A stretch of DNA of 64,000 nucleotides from Octopus sinensis (taxonomy: Eukaryota): contig NC_043002.1 of NCBI RefSeq assembly GCF_006345805.1, positions 32,116,001-32,180,000 of the forward strand. Reading direction: 5' to 3'. This document shows, one piece after another, positions 54,405-64,000 of the stretch (position 1 is its first letter; every line of letters begins with the position of its first letter). The translations under genes and the position numbers were made by a program. The notes beneath the pieces are model-generated. The model searched no databases, was not told the DNA's origin, and saw only the letters and a program-made list of their open reading frames with translations.

Positions 54405-54660
54405 ACGGTGATGTACTTGCATAGTAAGTGGCTTGATCTGAGATCGTTTACTGAAGCAACAGCAATTGCAGCGTGGAAGGTGTTTGTAAGCCATTTAAAA
54501 ATACACGAAAACCGTTAGATTCACTTCAACATTTAAATTTAATTTGTCAAAATATTTTCGTGTCGCTTTGAGACTGCGACCTCTACATTGACAAAAGTGA
54601 ATCTAACGGTTTTTGCGTGTTTCTTAAACGGCCTATAAACACCTTCCACGCTAGAATTGT
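54405..54660. mobile_element. Penelope-type terminal repeat with partial fold-back
   Basis: Arms 54463-54526 and 54594-54659. Homologous to 62395-62590. Confidence 0.7.
54543..54595 (-). ncRNA. Degenerate minimal hammerhead motif
   Basis: UUUGUCA-AUGUAGA-G-GUCGC(AGUCUCAAA)GCGAC-AC-GAAA-AUAU-UU|UGACAAA. The 7-bp stem I is intact and the core is mutated. Confidence 0.5.
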
Positions 54661-54682
54661 TTATATATATATATATATATAT

Positions 54683-54751
<69 letters not shown>

Positions 54752-54761
54752 GGAGAGGTAA

Positions 54762-54804
<43 letters not shown>

Positions 54805-55364
54805 TCCACAGAGAGAAAAATAGTAGTGGATTGTTATTCGTTTGGTGTAAACGTTGTGATTATTCTCACCAACCTTTTTATTTATGGCCATACAGCCAGA
54901 TTGAACTTTGGTATTAAAGTACAGAAATACAACAGTACACCATCTAGAACATGAAAACAAAGACACAACTAGCTAGGCAATAATATCTATGGATGCCTAC
55001 CCATATACGAGACATAAAGACACAGACGCACATACGCATATACGTATGTGTGCGCATGTGTCACGATCCTTGCCTTATCTGTTTATATATTGCATGACTG
55101 TATGGCTGCAATAATGACTATTAAATATTCATAAAACAGGACAACACACTGAAACACTTACACACAAACCACCGCTGTGTGTTCAAGACAAAGCAACACA
55201 TAGGTAACTATGTAGGTTATGCGTGTATGGAGTTATGTGAGAAGCAGTGAAATAAATTTCTTTTTATCTTGATGTGTGGCCTTGTGTGTTGTAACATTAA
55301 CGTACACTTATACAATTCAACAAGCTTATATGTGCGTGCATCCATCATATACATATATTCTTTT

Positions 55365-55830
55365 ATCCTTTTACTCTTTTATTTGTTCCAGTCATTTGAC
55401 TGCGGACATGCTGGAGCACTGCCTTTAGTCGAACAAATCAACCCCAGTACTTACTCTTTGTAAGCCTAGTACTTATTTATCGGTGTCTTTTTGCCGAACC
55501 ACTATGTTACCGGGAAGTAAACACTCCAACATTGGTTGTCAAGCGTTGGTGGGTGGGAGGACAAATACTGACGCACAACAAAAGAGACCGATAAAATAAG
55601 TACTGGGCTTACAAAGAATAAATCCCGGGGTCGAGTTGCTCGATTAAAGGCGGTGCTCCAGCATGGCCGCAGTCAAATGACTGAAACAAGTAAGAGAGTA
55701 AGAGAGAGATATATACGATGGGCTTCTTTTAGTTTCCGTCTACCGAATCCATTCACAAGGCTTTGTTCTGGGTGGGGCCGAGGTTATAGTAGAAGCCACT
55801 TTCCTACGGTGCCACGCTACTTACCATACA
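55365..55830. mobile_element. Cluster of rearranged SINE family B pieces in both orientations
   Basis: Minus tail/body 55365-55560, plus tail 55580-55700, minus head 55710-55830. Confidence 0.75.
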
Positions 55831-56059
55831 GCCTCTCCTGCGCCTATATATGTATATATATATGTGTGTGTGTGCGTCTGGTGTGTGGTGTTGTGTGTAC
55901 GAGTGAGTGGAAAATCGAAAGAAAGAGGCACTCGACACATTTAGTTAGTTTTACATATATTATTTGAAACAATGTGATACGATCTCGTGCAACTTAAAAG
56001 TTTCTGTAAGAAACCTATGAAACTGTAAACTGCACAGGGCCGAATGAAACATGCGTGTT

Positions 56060-56820
56060 CACATGGTATATGAGATAAAAAATTGACTCATTGTTCTTTG
56101 AACGCATCCACAGTTACAACTCGTAGATCCCTGAAGCCTTTTCGTAAGGTATTAAAATGTTGCTGCTACAGATGCGGTTTCTCATTCTGGAAGAGGATTG
56201 GATCTTTTGTACAATGCAATGGCGTTCACTTTGGTGATTCGTACAGATTTCAATCCCAAACTTGAATGCTGGACCTGCCAAGATATTCCATATATATGCA
56301 TCACTGCATATCTCTTGCGTCTTCTCTTCAGGGAATAGAGCCTTAGCTCTTGTAGTCTCTCCCAGTAGTCCATATGTTGCACAGCGGTTTTGTTCTTGCC
56401 CTAGTGGCGCTGAATTTCCTCAAGTTCTTCTGTTAATAACGTGCTTTTTGATTACCATAATTGGGAATAGTAAAATGGGTGACTGAGTATGAATGTTCTC
56501 CATATGAAGATTATTTCCTTTTTCCGGGTTCTGAATGATCTCAGAATCCAACCAGACACTCGCCTTCACATTGTTACCATTGGAAATATGCACACGGAAA
56601 TATGCCTCACAGCTCATGTGGATACCCAAATCACGCACCGATACCGATTTTGAGATTGCAATACCCTCTCATCTTATGTATTCTGAATGAAATTTGCTTG
56701 TTCGCCGGAGTGCCTAAAACTTGTTAGCATTCGACTACATATAGTTTTCTTCAGTCCATTTGCATCTTTTCCTGGTTTTGTGTTATCTTCAGGGTCCTTT
56801 AATGCTTATGATACATCTGT
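56060..56820 (-). mobile_element. CR1-like LINE RT C-terminal remnant
   Basis: RDLGIHMSCEAYFRVHIS and MDYWERLQELRLYSLKRRRKRY motifs. Confidence 0.8.
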
Positions 56821-56839
56821 GCCATCAGCAGAGCTATTG

Positions 56840-56993
56840 AGAGTGGCTGTGTGGTAAGGAGATTACTTAACAACCACATGGTTCCGGGTTCAGTCCCACT
56901 GCGTAGCACCTTGTGCAGATGTCTTCTACTATAGCCTCGGGCCAACCAAAGCCTTGTGAGTGGATTTAGTAGATGGAAACTGAAAGAAGTCCG

Positions 56994-57028
<35 letters not shown>

Positions 57029-57307
57029 TATGTATGTATGTATGTATGTATATATGTATGTATGTATGTATGTATATATGTATGTATGTATGTATGTATA
57101 TGTAAGTATTTGTATAATTGTTACCCCACCATCGCTTGACAACCGAAGTTGGTGTGTTTACGTCCCCGTAACTTAGTGGTTCAGCAAAAGAGGCCTATAG
57201 CATAAGTACTAGCCTTACAAAGAATAAGTCCCGGCGTTGATTTGTTCGACTAAAGGCGGTGCTCCAGCATGGCCGCAGTCAAATGACAAAAACAAGTAAA
57301 AAAGTAA
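56840..57307 (+). mobile_element. tRNA-derived SINE, family B
   Basis: Full head, core, internal (TA)/(TATG)n and tail. Confidence 0.9.
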
Positions 57308-57920
57308 TATATATATATATATGAATGATAAGTCTCATAAAGGCATAAAGAAAACTTACGGCCCGCGAGTTCTTATAATTTCCTACCAATTAATGGGAAC
57401 TACATATATTTATGCATCGAATAGTATTTCTCCTCTGTGATTCACGAAATATATAATTTAAAAGTTGGAACGCGGAAAACTTGATAATGGTTAATTCCGA
57501 AAATTCGTCTGTTCCTTCATGAGAGAATTCGGAGAAGAGTTGATATGCTGTAATAAGTGAAATTATCCCATGGTTCGGGCTACTTACCTCTTTCCAAGAG
57601 ATGTGAAGAGTAGAGTTTATTACAGAACTACGCTATTTTGCCACACTGGCAACATCACTAGTACGTTTGTATAAAACTTCCACTGGTTCGACCTCACCTC
57701 TTTCTGTCCCTCCCTCTCTCTTCTCATATCTTTCCCTCTTGCTCTATTTCTTTCACTCTGATTCTTTCACTCATCACAACAAAACAGTTCAAGAACACTT
57801 CTACGACATTCATCTGTACGTGTGCGTGTTTGTGTGTACGCACACGTATGGATACACACACACACATATATATATATGTATCTATATATATATGTATATA
57901 TATACATACGTATATATATG

Positions 57921-57959
<39 letters not shown>

Positions 57960-58500
57960 TATACATGTATATATTGCATATATTTTATATATATATATAT
58001 ATATATACATATATCATATATACATACACACACGTTATATATATATATATGCATGTATGCGTGTACCTGTGTGTGTGTAAACGTGTATGCATATATATAT
58101 ATTATATATATATATACATATATAAACATATACATGCATGTATGCATATGTATATACATGTATAAATATGTAAGTATGTATTATGCATGTATGTATAACT
58201 ATACATAAAATCCTATAGGGATATGGATAGGCATCATATCGTATCTGTTTGCGAAAGAGAGAAAGAGAGAGAGAGGTGGGGGAGAAATAGATAAATAGAT
58301 AAATAGATAAATAAGAGAGAACGAATGACAAACGGAAAAATATAGACATATAGGGCTATGTATCAAAGTGAATAGTTCATGGAAAGATTTTGACGCAAGA
58401 GTAAGATATAACGAAGAGAAAGAGAAATTTTAACTACATTTGACATGGCTACTTTATTGAGTCTTATACGTTCTAGTACTCAGGGTTTACGGCCAGTCGG

Positions 58501-58541
58501 CCATTTCTGACGTTTATGGCGGAAGCACGTGACTAAAATGG
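58501..58541. promoter_or_regulatory. Dense cluster of promoter-type motifs
   Basis: TGACGT, ATGGCGGAAG, CACGTGAC and AAAATGG within about 40 bp of a CpG-containing island. Confidence 0.2.
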
Positions 58542-58770
58542 TTCGGCTGTAGTCCAAATGTACTTATGTATCTGATAGCTTTGCCAAAATATAATTTATT
58601 AAAAGGAGCCCATGTTGGGGAGCGAAAAATCTTACTTTACTGATATATATTTGCACTGTATGTATGTAAGTACGAATGTATATAAGTTTGTATGTATGTA
58701 TGTATGTGTCTATGGATGGATGGATGTATGTATATATGTATGTGCGTGTCGTCATATATATATGATATAT

Positions 58771-58831
<61 letters not shown>

Positions 58832-59457
58832 TTATATATACATAAATATAATGTATGTGTGTATGTGTGTATGTTGTGAAAATGTCTATATTTATATGTA
58901 AACTCTTATATATTATATATATATAATATATATATATATATATACATATACAGAAAGTTGTATATCATATAAATATTTTGTATACGTACAGATATTGTCA
59001 GTAATGTGTAGAAGATATATAGCTCAGATTTGTCTGGCATATTTGCACCATACAGTCACACGCGCACACACGTACATACGTTACACGTGCAGTCATCACA
59101 CAAGAAAAGGTGGTGGTATGTTGAGAGAAATTTATATGTAAACTGTTATAAATATGTGTATTTATTTGCGTATTTATATGTATATATATATATATGTGGA
59201 CATATTTGTGTATGCATATATATATATATATGCATATGCATACAAAATGTGTATACAAAGAAGGCATATATATACACACACATATATATATATATACACA
59301 CATATAAATACTGATACCTAGACATATATATATATACATATATAGATAGAGAGATAAATAGATAGATAGATAGACAGAGAAGCAGACAGAGAGGCAGACA
59401 GACTGACAGACAGATATATAGATAGATAAATAGATTGTATAAAGTGTATTTTATATA

Positions 59458-59501
<44 letters not shown>

Positions 59502-60099
59502 TATGTATATATATATATATATATATTATAATATAGATAGTAATTATGTGAGTATGCATATGTATACATAAAATATATATACATATACATATAAATATAT
59601 TACCACATAACTATAGGTATTCAAATATATATATATATATATTATATATATATATATATATAAGATATACTCATATGTATGTAGACATGTCTATATTGAT
59701 AGATATACATAATTATTTACAGTTAATTTCATCAACGGTGAGACCACCATAAGGGAATTATAGAAGGTATAGCTAAAGAGACGTTTGGAAGGCAAGTAAG
59801 CAAAAGTCTGCTGTGAATGGAGGTAAATCTCTCATAAAGAATTTCAAGCAAGTTGAGTCACATGATCTAATATATGTCAGATATGATTAAAGTGATTAAT
59901 GACTGGGCCAAAATTTGTATGTATGGAAGGGTTAGTCTTTAGATACAGGGGCCGCTGCTATACAGAGAGGTCTCCATAAACATATGTACATACCATACAT
60001 ACATACATACATACATACTTACATACTTACAATACATACATACACTCATGCATGCTTAAATACATACATGCACACATACATTACCTACCATATATATTA

Positions 60100-60143
<44 letters not shown>

Positions 60144-60207
60144 TATACATACAGACAGATATAATATATATGTTTATGCACATAGACACACATGTACCTA
60201 CCTACCT

Positions 60208-60240
<33 letters not shown>

Positions 60241-60453
60241 CATTATATACATTTATGCATAGTTACATAAATAAATACTTATATGTATTATTGGATATAC
60301 GCTTTTCAAATTAAATTAATATATATATATATACATAATCTTATGTATAAACATATATTCGTTTATATATAGTTTTGTGTTTGTGTGTGTGTGTGTGTGT
60401 GTGCGTATAAACATGTACATACACACATGCATAAACACACAGAAAATGTATAT

Positions 60454-60510
<57 letters not shown>

Positions 60511-60736
60511 GTATATATATATATAGATATAATATATATAATCCAAAAATAACATTTCAAACGCTCCATACATACATGTTAATATTTGTATCAATATATC
60601 TATGTGCGCGTCTTTATATCATATATATCTATTTCGTTTTTTATATTTGGTTTCCAAGATTCTTTACGTGAATTCGTGTATTGAAGCTTATTTAACTGTG
60701 TCTGGGAAGAGTATTCTATTTATGTGCCTTATTACT

Positions 60737-60856
60737 TAACACACTCACCGATTCAATTTCCACTCATTTACTTATTTTTAAGGTTGCAAGAAGCAATGAA
60801 AATTTTAGAAAAAATAAATACGTTAATGAGTGGAAATCGAACCGGTGGTGTGTGTG

Positions 60857-60859
<3 letters not shown>
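60737..60859. mobile_element. Fold-back Penelope-type terminal repeat with central deletion
   Basis: Arms 60737-60768 and 60825-60859. Keeps GUUGC(AAGAA)GCAAU-GAAA-AUUU-UA but has no 5' core. Confidence 0.55.
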
Positions 60860-60897
<38 letters not shown>

Positions 60898-60900
<3 letters not shown>

Positions 60901-62390
60901 TAGCGGCCACAATATAAGTGTAAGTAATAACAAGTGTATTGAAATAGTTATTATAGAAGATTGACAACATGTTGAAACTAGATATGTTATACATATTTAG
61001 ATATGTCTAATATCAATTTTTCATGAAAATTTCAAATGAATGAAGTAAATGTTTCGTAAGTTATGAGGAAATAAGCAAGCAATCTTCCAAATTGCAGCAG
61101 CCAGAAGTTAAGGGTCACTTAGAAAAAATGAACCACTAACCGCTGTATTTGTTGTTTAGAAGACTGTTCATGGGTTAACAGTTACATTTTATGATCTTAC
61201 ATTATTGGAACATTCAACTGTCAACATGGCGGCTTGTGAGAGATGACCGGTGTCCAGTGATTAGAAAAACTAAGGATTGTGCGCCTTAGTAAGTCAAATT
61301 CTTTGATAGCAACTACTATGGGAAGATCTAGGGGGTGTTGTGAAACGAACTGTTGCTCGTTTTAAGTCGTGAGGATCGACAGATGCCAAACCCAGACCCG
61401 GTAAACTTCGTAAAACTTCGCCATGACAGGATCGTATTATGGTTAGAATGTCACTGCAGGATAAGTTTGAGAATGCTGCTGAGATATCCCGCGAGTTTAG
61501 CTCCACTTCCGATGTCAACGTATCGCGCAAAACAGTTTCTCGGAATTTAGGAGATTGTAGGTTGCTTGCTCATGCACCGGCAAAGAAACCTCTGATTTCC
61601 AAGAAGAATCACAGCCCGACTTCGTTTCGCTCATGAACGTGTCATTTGGAATAAAGAACAGTGGTCGCAGGTTCATTTTTGCGATGAATCGAAGTTTAAT
61701 GCGATTGGTTCCGAAGAAATGGAGAAAGATTATCTCGTGCATGTGTACTGAAGACAGAAAAATATGGAAGAGGTAGTGTAATGGTTTGGGGAGTGATCTC
61801 TGCTGCTGGTCCCGGTCTACTTATTTGCCTACAAGGGACTGTCAATGCTGAAATCTAAGAGCAGATGCTTAGCATGCCCCTCCACATCTCCGATCCTCGT
61901 CAGTTCAACCTCTTCGTGCAGGACAACGCACCCTGTCACACTGCGAAGTGAGTCAAAGACTTTTTGAGTGATGAAAGGGCTGATCTCATGAACTGGCCAC
62001 CTCAAAGTCTTGATCTCAACCCTATAGAAAACGTTTGAAAGATTATTGCAGATGGGGCATGAAGGAGAAATCGAAAGAACCAAGATGAACTCTGGGAATA
62101 ATTTTAAAACGAATGGAACAATATTACTCCATCATTTTGCAAGAAATTAATTCAGTCCTGTGGTAACAGATGTCAGGAGATCATTGATAGTAAAGGGATG
62201 TTCACAAAAAAAAAATATTAATAGTAAGGGTTTCTTTTTTGTTCTTGTTCCATTTTCCATTTTTTTCTTTTCTAAGTGACCCTTAAATTTTGGCCGTTGC
62301 TGTTTGGAAGATTATTTGTTTATTTCCTCATAACATACGAAATATTTAATCCATTCACTTGAAATTTTCACGAAAGAAGATAACAGAGAT
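60898..62390 (+). mobile_element. Tc1 element (DD34E-type) with long inverted repeats, decayed
   Basis: TA-cagtagcggcc left end; IR 61020-61125 versus 62268-62374; motifs FCDESKFN, VMVWGVIS, QDNAPCH and WPPQSLDLNPIENV. Confidence 0.9.
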
Positions 62391-62394
62391 GTTC

Positions 62395-62590
62395 TTGCAT
62401 ATCAAGTGACCTGATCTGAGATCGTGTGCGGAAACAAAAACAATTGCAGCGTGGAAGTTGTTTATAAGCCATTAAAAAATACATAAAAAAACGTTAGATT
62501 CGCTTCGATATTTAAATATAATTTGCCGAAATATTTTCGTCGCTTTGAGACCGCGACCTGTTCACTGACAAAACTCCGTGCTGCATCTGA
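62395..62590 (-). mobile_element. Penelope-type terminal repeat next to the Tc1 right arm
   Basis: Homologous to 54415-54595. Confidence 0.65.
62522..62572 (-). ncRNA. Minimal type-I hammerhead motif with G3-C8 swapped core
   Basis: UUUGUCA-GUGAACA-G-GUCGC(GGUCUCAAA)GCGAC-GAAA-AUAU-UU|CGGCAAA. Confidence 0.6.
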
Positions 62591-63597
62591 GAAAGTTTTT
62601 GAGAGAATTCCAAGAAAATGCAGAATACGTTATTCTGTAAAAATATATATATAAATAAATAAAAATAAAAATAAAAAAACAAAAGTACCGAATTTAGGTT
62701 TTTAGGTGTTCTGAGAGAAGCTATTTGAATTTACTACTTCAAAAATATAACCAAATTCTGAATATTTGATCAGCCTGATCTAATTTTGAGAGCAAAATTC
62801 CTGATTTTGCCAGGTCTTTGACATAGTTGACGATGACAATAGCGTAAACAGAAAGAGGTCGACATAAAAATTTTCAATTTAGATTTTTGTGCATTTATGC
62901 GATGAAGATATCGGTAAAGATAGATCTTAAATATTTGAAATACTTGCACAAACTTTGCAAAAATATCTACTGTAACAAGTTGTTTGCCACAACATATTGT
63001 ACTTGGAGAGGAACAAAGACTCATTATGCTATTAGAATCTATATAATCAACCATGTTCAGAAGGCATACAAACAAAACAGGACTAATTGGAAATTAGGAA
63101 TTTGATTTCATATAAAACAAGGCAACAAAAGAATATTTACTTTCAATTACTACGTTCTACGCCGTCTATTAATGGCAGAATAATTCACCAGCAACGGCCA
63201 ACTACGAAATGTTCTCATTTGTGCAAAGCCAACCTGCAAGCAATTCAAAACTAGTAGTTGTGTCTTAATCTGAAAGCTGCCGTATTCTAAGATTTAACCC
63301 AACTAAAAATAAAGATATAGTGAAAAGGCAGCATGTAAAGATAGAACAAGTGCCGCAGAATCGCTGCATTCAGAAAAGTTCTCTTGTGATCTAATACACA
63401 AAGAATCCTTCTCCTTCTTTCTTTCCTTCTTTCTTTCTTTCTGTCTTTCTTTCTCTCCCCTTCTCTCTCTCTATATATATATGTGTTTGTGTGTTTGTAT
63501 ATATATATATAGGCATATACACATGCGTGCGCATATATAGCTATAAAGGCACAATAACACACACAGTATATATATATATATATATATATAAATATAA

Positions 63598-63628
<31 letters not shown>

Positions 63629-64000
63629 CATACATACATACATATATATACATATATATTCATATATATGTGTGTGTATGTATGTATCTGTATTTTAGAT
63701 AGCTAAACATATGCACATAAATATTAAGTGATACGTGTACTGTGCGATCAATATATGCATGTAAAATGTATGAAATTTCGATATGTAAGACTATATATAT
63801 ATATATATATACAGATATGCACATAATACACACACATATATAATATGCATATATGTGCATGTTCACACGTAAATTCACACGTGCATAGATAAATGCACAC
63901 ATACATGCATACGGACATACATACATAGAAACGTATATACATGCATTCATACATGCATACATACATGCATATATTCATACATGCACGCATATTTACATAC

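Overview
AT-rich, repeat-dominated eukaryotic genomic DNA. The tRNA-derived SINE families, the very high microsatellite load and the transposon mix point to an octopus (cephalopod) genome; this is an inference. Nearly all ORFs in the supplied track are microsatellite translations or decayed transposon fragments. Transposon remnants include two tRNA-SINE families (many copies) plus one copy of a third, R4/Dong-like LINEs abutting (TAA)n arrays, Tx1/L1-like LINEs, a CR1-like LINE, an RLE-type LINE end, several Penelope-like elements (PLEs), mariner and Tc1 copies, a MULE transposase fragment and a Helitron PIF1-helicase fragment. A few short plus-strand candidate exons (best: 28288-28339 and 34362-34411) suggest a long-intron host gene that I cannot name. 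The most notable signal is a set of Penelope-type terminal-repeat segments, four of them fold-backs (22.3, 30.1, 54.5 and 60.8 kb, plus a non-palindromic copy at 62.5 kb). They carry minimal type-I hammerhead ribozyme motifs with different core variants: canonical CUGAAGA, CCGACGA, and GUGAACA with a compensatory G3-C8 swap. A twister-like module in the Dong 5' leader is a weaker second candidate. No CRISPR array, rRNA or true tRNA gene was found.
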